IMG/VR virus record: IMGVR_UViG_3300036770_007283
DNA length: 64,000 nt
DNA from: a virus
Lineage: Duplodnaviria > Caudoviricetes
Reading direction: 5' to 3' (one strand)
The notes below the pieces were generated by a model. It saw nothing but the letters and a program-made list of their open reading frames with translations, did no database searches and was not told the origin of the DNA. How positions within the stretch are numbered: the stretch's first letter is position 1; each line of letters starts with the position of its first letter. This document shows positions 55,557 to 64,000 of the stretch, piece by piece. A program made the translations under genes and the position numbers.

Positions 55557-58500
55557 TTATGTAATTTTAAAATCTTTGCGTGAAACGGCAGTAATTCTTA
55601 CATCTCCGGCCGCAATTGATTGATTATTAAGTGCTTTTATATAAGTCCTTCTTCCAACCGACCCAGACTCATTAAAGAGTGAAATGTTGACGGAATCAAC
55701 ACCAGAGATGGATGTAACCGAATTTATGATATCTGAATAGTCTATTGTAGAACCAAGGGTGGAACTATTTAAAAGATTAACTACGGAATTTAAAGAATTT
55801 TCTATAACAGTATTTGACTCTGAAGTAAAATCATTATTTACTATAATTTCACCTCTTACATCTACATATAAAATTGGGGCTTCTTTTACAAGCACATCTG
55901 CGGTAATACATCTTACATTTTCTAAGTTTACTGTAACATCTGAAATAAGTCTATTTAAATTATATCTTACTGTAAGTCTTTCACCTTCAATTGGTGCAGT
56001 AAATTTATAATCTGAAGAATAAGATAATCCAACTGATGGCTGACTTGTTGGGTCAATTCTAATTGTGCCAATTAAAGAACCTGCTGGGCTTCTAAAACCA
56101 GAGGAAACGGAAACCCTATTGACCCTAGAAAAAACCTTATTTGTAATAACCTTAGAGTTACCAGGAAAATATAACTCTTCTACATCATTAGAATTATATA
56201 CCAATAGGTCTACAACAACTTTTTCACCGCTAGAAAAAGATAAGGCATTATTATTGGCTGTTGCTGGCAATTTAAACTTTGTAGGACTTAACGTTGTATC
56301 TAATTCAACAACACCTAATCCATAAGTATTGTTAGATAGCACATGCCCCATCAAATCAAACTTTTTGCTGGAATCATCTATTGATTCAATATTGTCTACT
56401 CTTGCAATTCCAAACGTGGCAGGAAAAGTAGTTAAAGATAGTGCAAATTTAATTGCAGAAGTTAAATCAAACTGTAATCCACTAATAGAGGTTCCGGCTA
56501 CTACTTCTAACTGAAGCCTAGTTAAAGTCTCACCGTTTACTTTGATTTTGCCTGCTCGTGTCACTGAGGAAATAGTTATAGATAATCTTGTGGGGCCAAA
56601 TCTTTGTGTGCCTAAGATAGTTCCTGCGTTGGAAATATTATAAAATACTGGCTGATTACTTCCAGAAAGTTCTGACAAGGTATTATTAAATAACCTATTA
56701 GACAATGAAGTTCCGTTAATTGGTAATAAAGTTAAAGAATTAGAAGGTAATAATTCTGATATTTGTGCAATATAATCTACATAAATTGGCTCGCCAGTTA
56801 AATAAAGGCTATCTACTTCGTCTAATATAGCATTGGTTGTTAAAATATCAGATGATGGTAAGGTTATTATATTATTAGAAAACGCACCATCACCATTGCT
56901 AATGGTATAGAGCTCTAATTTGTTGTAGAAAACTGTAGCGTTAATAGAGCTACCAACTGGGGAATCAGATGGAAGATATATAGTTTTTCCAGAAAAACTA
57001 CCGTCATTTTTAATTGTATTATATAATTCTACGCCAGTTTCATTCTTGACAGAGATTATATTAGTTATATTGACTTCTGTGCTGGGAAGAACCACGCCAT
57101 TAACCAGCATCCCGCCAATCCCTTGTACTAATTGCACCGTTCCAGTTGCTGTAATGGCAGAATATAGAGAGGTTATTCTGCTTATATCATTAGAAACAGA
57201 AACCTGATATTCTAAACCATCATTTGTTTTTTCAATTACAGAAACCTCAGCCTTGATTCCATTGCTGGTTCCCCAATCAATAGAATCATTTACAAATTGA
57301 TCTACGAATTGAGCCCCAGTATATTTTCCATTATAATCAATATATTTATCGAAATATAATCTCCATATATAGTTAACACTCAAAATATCAGATGGTGATG
57401 GCAAGGTTTTTCCGGAAATAACAATTTCACCAGTTAGATTAATTGCCGCATCTGGATCTAGATTTTGATCTTCTACTACATATACCTCACCAGTGGTTTT
57501 GTTTAAAACACGACTAACAGTGACTACTGGTGAATGATTTAGTTTTATTATGGTACGATCTACTGAATTTACCTTGGAATTTTCTGCATTAACAGAGATA
57601 TCTTGATATACGTTATTAACTATTTTAATACTGGAAAATCTTAATGGGTCTACGCTATTGAGAGATTGTTTAATGATTGATTCATTAACTACTTGCTTTT
57701 CACTAGAAATAAATCTAATCTTATCAAAACCAAAGGGGCTTCCACCAGTTTCTGGATTTGTATCTTTGATTAATTCATAGTTGCCAGATACGATACCATT
57801 TTGGTCAACTAATTTTTCTGCCAGTACGCCTGATTCGCTTCCAATTACAGAAATAACGGCAGTTGCTGGTTGTTGTGGTAAGATGCCATTGTTAAATGCT
57901 AAAACTCTTCTTTCTTCTGAAGTTAAAGTGGTATCTAAAGTTGATTGACCTAAAATATAATCATTTCTTTCGTCAGAAGCATTACCTGTGCCAGAACGGT
58001 CTGTAAAGATATAAGATTCAACGATCTCTTCTAGTTGTTGTCCCAGAATATATAAATCTACTTTTCCACCAGTTCCAGAATTTAAGATTCTAAAACTTCC
58101 ATCATTTACTTGTATCGTCTCTGTGCCATCCCTAAGCATCAAGGTGTTTCCTGGCTCTATTATAATGGCGTCATTAACACCCGTTACACCTAGTGCCGCA
58201 TTTCTATATCCAAATGCGGTACCTGTATTAGCACCGCTGAAGACAGAAAAAACTCTGGCTCTAAAAACTGAATCACTCTCTGTATTGGTACCACCATTAA
58301 AAGAAGTAAGATTGGTAACCCTAACGCTATCTCTTAAGTTATGCTCTATCACTTGTAAGCTAGAAATATTGCCTGTGGTTCCAGAATTAATAGCCCTAAC
58401 GGGTATTTCAATAGCAAAGCTATCATTAATTCCTGCTAGGTCTAAGGAACTTCTTAATCTAGTTGCTGTTGCTGCAAATCTATTTTTTTCTGCAACAGAC

Positions 58501-58874
58501 ATTACGAAGTTTCCAATAGTTTTATATTGAAGATTGCCCCTGGTAGTTACAACCGTATTGGCAGGTATGGAAATATCTGTATTTAGATTATTTACTGTAA
58601 AGACTACTATTCCGTTAGCAGGCGCACCAGTTCTTCTTGTAATTCCAAAGTTATTTGCCCAACGATCTAAATCTTTACCAGTTGCCAATTCGGGAGATTG
58701 CTTTTGTGAAACAGTTAACATAGAACTATGAAGTCTTTGTAACTGATCGGCCTGTACATCAATAAATAGATCCCTAGCCACAGTACCTGGCTTTGTATCC
58801 AGGTTTGGCTGTGTTAATCTTAATCTTTCAATGATAGAATTAACTATCTCGCTAAAAGTTCTAAATATTGCCAC
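55557..58874 (-). CDS. Baseplate J-like wedge protein, extended (1105 aa)
   Basis: RTFSEI, PGTVARDLFID, GKDLD..A..FGITR, ANGIVVF, GTTGNI, NGGTNTESDSVFRAR; C-terminal IDYSDII...ISGVDSV. Confidence 0.88.
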   Translation of the reverse strand: MAIFRTFSEIVNSIIERLRLTQPNLDTKPGTVARDLFIDVQADQLQRLHSSMLTVSQKQSPELATGKDLDRWANNFGITRRTGAPANGIVVFTVNNLNTDISIPANTVVTTRGNLQYKTIGNFVMSVAEKNRFAATATRLRSSLDLAGINDSFAIEIPVRAINSGTTGNISSLQVIEHNLRDSVRVTNLTSFNGGTNTESDSVFRARVFSVFSGANTGTAFGYRNAALGVTGVNDAIIIEPGNTLMLRDGTETIQVNDGSFRILNSGTGGKVDLYILGQQLEEIVESYIFTDRSGTGNASDERNDYILGQSTLDTTLTSEERRVLAFNNGILPQQPATAVISVIGSESGVLAEKLVDQNGIVSGNYELIKDTNPETGGSPFGFDKIRFISSEKQVVNESIIKQSLNSVDPLRFSSIKIVNNVYQDISVNAENSKVNSVDRTIIKLNHSPVVTVSRVLNKTTGEVYVVEDQNLDPDAAINLTGEIVISGKTLPSPSDILSVNYIWRLYFDKYIDYNGKYTGAQFVDQFVNDSIDWGTSNGIKAEVSVIEKTNDGLEYQVSVSNDISRITSLYSAITATGTVQLVQGIGGMLVNGVVLPSTEVNITNIISVKNETGVELYNTIKNDGSFSGKTIYLPSDSPVGSSINATVFYNKLELYTISNGDGAFSNNIITLPSSDILTTNAILDEVDSLYLTGEPIYVDYIAQISELLPSNSLTLLPINGTSLSNRLFNNTLSELSGSNQPVFYNISNAGTILGTQRFGPTRLSITISSVTRAGKIKVNGETLTRLQLEVVAGTSISGLQFDLTSAIKFALSLTTFPATFGIARVDNIESIDDSSKKFDLMGHVLSNNTYGLGVVELDTTLSPTKFKLPATANNNALSFSSGEKVVVDLLVYNSNDVEELYFPGNSKVITNKVFSRVNRVSVSSGFRSPAGSLIGTIRIDPTSQPSVGLSYSSDYKFTAPIEGERLTVRYNLNRLISDVTVNLENVRCITADVLVKEAPILYVDVRGEIIVNNDFTSESNTVIENSLNSVVNLLNSSTLGSTIDYSDIINSVTSISGVDSVNISLFNESGSVGRRTYIKALNNQSIAAGDVRITAVSRKDFKIT

Positions 58875-58883
58875 AGTTTTTCC

Positions 58884-59315
58884 TTATGCTATTCTGATTG
58901 TAACAGATTCTGTAATAGTAGTAAGTGCGCCAGTTTGCACACCAATAAATATATTGTATAGTCTAGGATCAATAGTATCTCTTTCCACCGAAACTTTGGA
59001 TATTCCAATTAACCTTTCACCAGGCGTTAAAAACTGACTTCTGGACTGTCCCTTTTGTAAAGCTATAATTTTTTGAATAGAGTTTTCTACCGAAGCCTTG
59101 AGGTCAGTCTCTAAGAACTCTAGATCTGGAATATTACCAATTTGGATACTCCCAATCTCGCTTCCATATGTAGGATGGTATTTATTTTCACCTAATTTAG
59201 TTAGCAATATTTTAACTATATCTTGCCTAAGCTTATAATTATCAAATACAGTAGATACAGTTCCATCTGCATCAATTTTAATATCGCCACCCTCTATTTT
59301 TAAATCAAACGACAT
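58884..59315 (-). CDS. gp25/gpW-like baseplate wedge subunit
   Basis: LRQDIVKILLTKLGENKYHPTYGSEI. AGGAG upstream of ATG 59315; immediately precedes the J-like gene. Confidence 0.88.
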   Translation of the reverse strand: MSFDLKIEGGDIKIDADGTVSTVFDNYKLRQDIVKILLTKLGENKYHPTYGSEIGSIQIGNIPDLEFLETDLKASVENSIQKIIALQKGQSRSQFLTPGERLIGISKVSVERDTIDPRLYNIFIGVQTGALTTITESVTIRIA

Positions 59316-59420
59316 TAACTTTAACAATCTCCTTACTATTTTATTAAAAATAATAGAAAGAAAATTGTTGAAGGATGTAATCATCAACTTTCAAAGATAA
59401 ATATTTTATCTAGTATTTTT

Positions 59421-61379
59421 TTAGAAAATATCTAAACCTTCATTACCCTCATCATCAAATAATTCTTCATATTCTGTGCTTAGCGGTTCAGTATCGTCAG
59501 GTGTCGAATCTGGTCTAGAGTCTGATTGAATTTCTTTTAAAAATAAACTATAGCCCTCATGAATAAGCTTTGTTAATTCGTTTATAGATGCAACAGAATC
59601 ATTTCTTTCCGTATTAGTTAACAACTTCTTAAATTCACCATTTTTAATTCTGTCATACTGTGCCTTTGAAAGTAATCCAAGTAAGCTTTCCTCTGATATT
59701 GTAAATAAAGCCAAAGAAAAAACCGCCAAATCAATTGTTCCAATCCCAATATCTGTTCCCATGCAAGTGTTGATTTCTTGCATCTTTGGCTCAACCGCCT
59801 CACTAAAATGTTGTTCACGCGCATCATTTATTTCAACCAGCCTTTGTGAGATGCCTTTTCTTGGAACATCTATAACATCTATCAGTCCACTCATCATGTG
59901 AGAGTCATAAATGCTAGAAGTTCTTTGTGTTTGGGCCTGCAAATCCAAAGCCTCTGAATTATCACCTAGCAAGAACATGATAGAATCTTCAACTAGTTTT
60001 TGTTGGTTCAATAAATCTATATCGTAACCATAGAATGACTGAGGATTTGCCGGCTGATCTACGTCTGTAGATGGAGAGCCAGCCTCTGCAGAAGTCCTTT
60101 CTGTACCCTGTAGATCATCATCCGAATTTGTAGATGGCCGTGTGTTTGATTTCTCCATCTCGCTTATAATAACATCAATATCTGCAACCAATTTTTTTGC
60201 CAATCCAGAAATAGCACTCCTTAGGCGCAAAATAAATAAAGACTCCAAAATACCATAATCGTCAGATCTGACATCTGTTCCGTCTAATTTAAATAAAGCA
60301 TCATCCTCTTCCAGTACGCCTTTTTTAGTAAAAGTATTAGTACCACTAGCCTTATCCAACCTGATTCTAATTACACTTTCTAAGAGTGCAGGCCTTGTTT
60401 TTACATTATTAATTTTTTTAACTTTAGATGTTGTAAAAAGCGGAGCAACAATTTTTTCTGGTTCATTTATATAATTTGCTATTCCGTAATCTTGAATTGG
60501 CGGAACTAACAAGTAGCAAAATTTCCATATATCTTGGCTAATTTTTGCTATATTAACACTTCTATCTTCATCACTGGCAGTTACGACTAATCGACTAACT
60601 TTTTCATCAGGTATTGGTTCATCTCTAACTGGATTTATAAACGAAGAAAATTGGTCCTCCCTACTTATGGTTGTTGGGAAGGGAATAATAGGCCCACCAT
60701 TGTCGTTTACAATATTACCGCTTTCATCTATGCCCAAATCTAAAAGATCAGCCTTATCTTCGGTGCTAAGCTGGCTAATGTTAATCTCATTGTAAGAAAT
60801 GTTGTTTAAAACACCTGTTGAAATATTATATATTGAATTATCAATAAGATAAGAACGCTCTGTTTTTGTTTTTTTTCTTTGTTCCAATATATCTCTAACT
60901 GCAGCGAATGGTTTGAGCTTTAGCTCACCACTTGCTGGATCAATAACATAAATACTATCAGAAGTTCTAATTTCAATATCTTCAATTGAAACCCCAAGCT
61001 CGGCTGTGCTAACCGATGGCATTCCCAACATCCTCAAGAAAGTATTCTCATAGGATTCTAGATTGTTGGTGGTATCCGCCAAGTCTTCTACTTCCTCTTC
61101 TTCATTAGGTGAGTCTGGCTTAAAAAATTCTGTATTTAAATAACTTGAACGCATTTTTCTAATTGATTTAGCAACAGATAAAAACTGACGTGCAATATCT
61201 TTTCTGTTAGCCTCATCTTTATATAAATCTGACAGCACACCTATATCTAGATAGTCTCCTTCCGTCTGCCTGGTTCTACCGTAAGATCGGTCCAAGGAGT
61301 CTGCCGTGTTGCCAAAAGACCCCTTTAAAGTAACTTCTGCAGATTTAATTCTCTGTTCTAGCGTTTTTTCATTTGCCAT
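59421..61379 (-). CDS. Hypothetical acidic protein (652 aa), probable virion component
   Basis: Long co-oriented ORF upstream of the gp25-like gene; no motif recognised. Confidence 0.85.
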   Translation of the reverse strand: MANEKTLEQRIKSAEVTLKGSFGNTADSLDRSYGRTRQTEGDYLDIGVLSDLYKDEANRKDIARQFLSVAKSIRKMRSSYLNTEFFKPDSPNEEEEVEDLADTTNNLESYENTFLRMLGMPSVSTAELGVSIEDIEIRTSDSIYVIDPASGELKLKPFAAVRDILEQRKKTKTERSYLIDNSIYNISTGVLNNISYNEINISQLSTEDKADLLDLGIDESGNIVNDNGGPIIPFPTTISREDQFSSFINPVRDEPIPDEKVSRLVVTASDEDRSVNIAKISQDIWKFCYLLVPPIQDYGIANYINEPEKIVAPLFTTSKVKKINNVKTRPALLESVIRIRLDKASGTNTFTKKGVLEEDDALFKLDGTDVRSDDYGILESLFILRLRSAISGLAKKLVADIDVIISEMEKSNTRPSTNSDDDLQGTERTSAEAGSPSTDVDQPANPQSFYGYDIDLLNQQKLVEDSIMFLLGDNSEALDLQAQTQRTSSIYDSHMMSGLIDVIDVPRKGISQRLVEINDAREQHFSEAVEPKMQEINTCMGTDIGIGTIDLAVFSLALFTISEESLLGLLSKAQYDRIKNGEFKKLLTNTERNDSVASINELTKLIHEGYSLFLKEIQSDSRPDSTPDDTEPLSTEYEELFDDEGNEGLDIF

Positions 61380-61381
61380 AA

Positions 61382-64000
61382 TTAATTCTCCAGCCTAGTT
61401 CCAAACTCTTGAGGATTTGTATTATTGGTAATATCGCCACTGACCATGGGTATAAATTGATTTGGAGTATCTATAAAGTAAACGCTCAAAATTCTATCAA
61501 CCTTTGTTAAGGCACCTAGTGGTGGTGAGTTTGTAGATATAATACTCTGATTGTCTGGAATACAATCCACTGTAGCTTCCTGCTCTTCACTGATTGTAAT
61601 TCCGCTGTATGTTATAGCCTGTATAGTTCTATCACAAATCTTGGCTCTAATCTTAACTTCACCAACACCTTCCGAGGTGACTTTTGCTAAATATTTGCCG
61701 CCATTTTTGGTAACTAAATTATTGTCTGGACCCTTAATTACTTTGGCGGAATTAGTTTGATCACTAATAATCTCAACTAAGATTCTGCTAGAAAAATCAC
61801 CACCTAGTTCGTTATCGTACGCATCCCTTGGAATAATCTCTATGTTGGCTACAGATCCTGTCTTAATTTTAACTGAATCACCAATCCCTGCTGCATACTC
61901 TCTGGCACCTGTAAATGCAGCACCCGATCCAACAAAGTTTTCTAATATTTCATCAGTAACTGTGCCATCAACATAACCAGCCAACGGTGTTTGATCCTGA
62001 TCTTCCAATATTTTTAGACTAGTGTTCAGGCTGCTAACAGCATACTTACAGATATCATTTGCTGCTTTTTCTAAGCACCTATTTACATCACTATTTAATC
62101 CTTCAAAAGTATCAATCTCAATTCCGCCCAAGGGTAGAATTCCTAATTGACGTTGCTCTGATAGTTTGTTTACCATGCCCAAAAGACCACTCTTCCAATC
62201 AGTAACGCAACCTTGTGCCTGACTAACTATATTCTTAATGTCTTCTACGTTATTATCTTCAAATGGAAAGTTATTTATAGAGGCTGTAGAACAGAACTGC
62301 TCCAACTGTTCTGCGGCCTGTCTCATATCAAAAAAGTAAAGTTGTGGGAAATCAAATAAATTTACAACACCATCATCAGTACTTGGATCACCATCTGTAT
62401 CTAACTCTACTTCTTCTTTTTGAAATTTTTGTTTTGGTGCAGATGAGGCGTTAATAATAGTTGCTTCAATGGATTCTACAAAACCATCGTCATTAAACTT
62501 AATCCCATCCTTATTTATAAAATAAACATTTAAACCATCATCTAAGATCACCAATTTAGGTATGTTATCAAAGGTTCTAGTAACAATATCTACTCCAGTC
62601 TGAGTGGGAACACCAGTTTGTGGATCGGTAGTTAAGATTGGAATTTCTAAATTTAAAATCAAAGGTTTTACAGTTGCAGTCTTTGTATCTAAATTGATAT
62701 CCAAAAAGTCTTCACCATCTACTGGGCTAAAAATATTTCCATTTTGTGCAATCAATAAGTTGTCATTAGACTTTGTAAATAAAGCGATTGGCGAATCTAC
62801 TGTTTGATTTAAATCAATGCTTTTACTATTCAAAGTGGTTGACAAGCCTCTAGACTTAAAAGTAAAGTTAACTTCTGTAGCCAAGCCACCCTTCTTTGAA
62901 CTCTTAGTAAAAGTTGGTGCCATCGTTGGGTTAAAATCTAAATTGCTATTTGCTCTTAGTGAGTCTTGCTCTATATTTAAAGATTCTAAATAGGTTTGTC
63001 CAGAATTATTGGCGACAACATTACCGACATTTGGCTCCACAATATTACCGGCAGATGTACTTCCTGATGTAGTATCGGTAGAATAAGTTTGTGCCACAGG
63101 AAGTAACTTATCTGGAATTATTTCTAACTCTGGGGCCACAATCCCTGCTACAATTCCCGCAATCATGGTTCCATCTACACCGCAATTTTGTTGAGCACCA
63201 TTTGGATTTATGTTACAAGGAAATCTAAATGTTAATTGCAATAGCTCTAAAAATAAAGAAAATATAGACAATACTGGCTCTAAGATACTGATGTCTGCCT
63301 TGATCTCAAATAAGTACTCTGAAAGGGTTTCTTCTAAGGATTTGATTGCTGTAAAATTAATCGGTGTTTTTGCGGCATCACTAATAGCCTTACAAATTTC
63401 ATTTATAGCGGTAATTGTTAAATTAACCTTATCAACCAAGCACTTAAATAATTCTAGCAAGTGTAAGACTAACCTTAAGAACATTACAGGTACTGAGAAT
63501 TGTGGTAAAATTAATATCAGATCCCAGAGAGATTCAAATAACCTTATTACTGCTTTTGCTATTTTAACCGGATTAAGCAAAGAACAAATGACATCAATAA
63601 TACAGAAAATAACTTTAACAGGTACCATCAAGGTTTTAAAACCATTTAGTGATACTTTTAATTCTACAGCCAAATGAAAAGAAAAATCACAGAATGATTT
63701 AATAAAATTCCTTGGGGTTAATGATTTATCTAAAACCTCCTGAACAAATTGCAAAGGATAGGAAGAAGCCTTATCTGCCAGATCTTCTATGTCTGGCGCA
63801 CTACCCTCACCATCATATAACTCTGCTATATCTACAGTGAATGGTCCACCCAGGTTAATTTTGGCACCTTCCCTGGTGGTATTGGTAGTTGAAGCACAAA
63901 CATCAAAGCAGTCTTTTGCAATAATAAATCCTGTTACTTCTGGTGGCATTTGAACTAAGGCTATATAGCTACCAGGTGTGTCATCCACTAAGATCGGCCT
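61382..64000 (-). CDS. Hypothetical structural protein, 5' end truncated; hydrophobic Cys-containing helical region and C-terminal Ig-like domain
   Basis: The frame stays open past the track's GTG at 63988 to the window end (AGG CCG ATC TTA GTG). Motifs IPRDAYDN and GKYLAKVTSEGVGEVKI resemble invasin/filamin-type Ig domains. Confidence 0.8.
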   Translation of the reverse strand, partial: RPILVDDTPGSYIALVQMPPEVTGFIIAKDCFDVCASTTNTTREGAKINLGGPFTVDIAELYDGEGSAPDIEDLADKASSYPLQFVQEVLDKSLTPRNFIKSFCDFSFHLAVELKVSLNGFKTLMVPVKVIFCIIDVICSLLNPVKIAKAVIRLFESLWDLILILPQFSVPVMFLRLVLHLLELFKCLVDKVNLTITAINEICKAISDAAKTPINFTAIKSLEETLSEYLFEIKADISILEPVLSIFSLFLELLQLTFRFPCNINPNGAQQNCGVDGTMIAGIVAGIVAPELEIIPDKLLPVAQTYSTDTTSGSTSAGNIVEPNVGNVVANNSGQTYLESLNIEQDSLRANSNLDFNPTMAPTFTKSSKKGGLATEVNFTFKSRGLSTTLNSKSIDLNQTVDSPIALFTKSNDNLLIAQNGNIFSPVDGEDFLDINLDTKTATVKPLILNLEIPILTTDPQTGVPTQTGVDIVTRTFDNIPKLVILDDGLNVYFINKDGIKFNDDGFVESIEATIINASSAPKQKFQKEEVELDTDGDPSTDDGVVNLFDFPQLYFFDMRQAAEQLEQFCSTASINNFPFEDNNVEDIKNIVSQAQGCVTDWKSGLLGMVNKLSEQRQLGILPLGGIEIDTFEGLNSDVNRCLEKAANDICKYAVSSLNTSLKILEDQDQTPLAGYVDGTVTDEILENFVGSGAAFTGAREYAAGIGDSVKIKTGSVANIEIIPRDAYDNELGGDFSSRILVEIISDQTNSAKVIKGPDNNLVTKNGGKYLAKVTSEGVGEVKIRAKICDRTIQAITYSGITISEEQEATVDCIPDNQSIISTNSPPLGALTKVDRILSVYFIDTPNQFIPMVSGDITNNTNPQEFGTRLEN

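Noticed and set aside
41155-59315. Extracellular contractile injection system or T6SS on a bacterial chromosome
   Set aside because: The co-oriented phage-type replication and nucleotide genes, the inteins and the lack of housekeeping genes favour a phage genome.
6396-59827. Short minus-strand ORFs nested in other frames (6396..6581, 26577..26777, 48576..48947, 59618..59827)
   Set aside because: Each lies fully inside a well-supported gene, with no SD or motif support.
1822-63677. Dozens of short plus-strand ORFs (60-160 aa) in the track
   Set aside because: They lie antisense to long, motif-bearing minus-strand genes and are Ser/Ile/Phe-rich shadows with no recognisable motifs.
1-64000. 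Alternative genetic code (stop-codon reassignment)
   Set aside because: Long genes are intact in code 11, and TAA, TAG (e.g. 21402) and TGA (e.g. 10973) all end tightly packed genes.

Overview
This is a 64 kb, AT-rich, densely packed and almost entirely minus-strand segment that reads as part of a large (jumbo-type) contractile-tailed phage genome in standard genetic code. In transcription order (right to left) it holds: an expanded baseplate-wedge module (gp25-like, J-like, a 3273-aa I/gp7-like protein with LamG domains, and a 1511-aa protein with a dockerin-like motif); an ~18 kb soluble glycosylation island (about 12 glycosyltransferases, Gmd, an epimerase, a short nucleotide-sugar dehydrogenase, a pyruvyltransferase, 2 methyltransferases and a thioredoxin) that runs directly into a tubulin/FtsZ-family gene; a replication block (intein-containing SF2 helicase, Ung, an unknown protein, an Hfq/Sm-like protein, a DnaC-like loader, DnaB); a complete PrkA-YhbH(vWA)-SpoVR module with two extra small genes; class Ia RNR (intein in the alpha subunit); a multi-domain endonuclease-like gene; PIN-PhoH; a lone plus-strand trypsin-like protease; an MGCGC microprotein; and a collagen-like gene running off the left edge, which the ORF track missed. 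The most notable candidates for new biology are the phage-borne PrkA-YhbH-SpoVR module, the lipid-carrier-free glycosylation island with possible virion acceptors, the Hfq-like protein and the tubulin. All family calls come from motif recognition by eye; no database searches were run.
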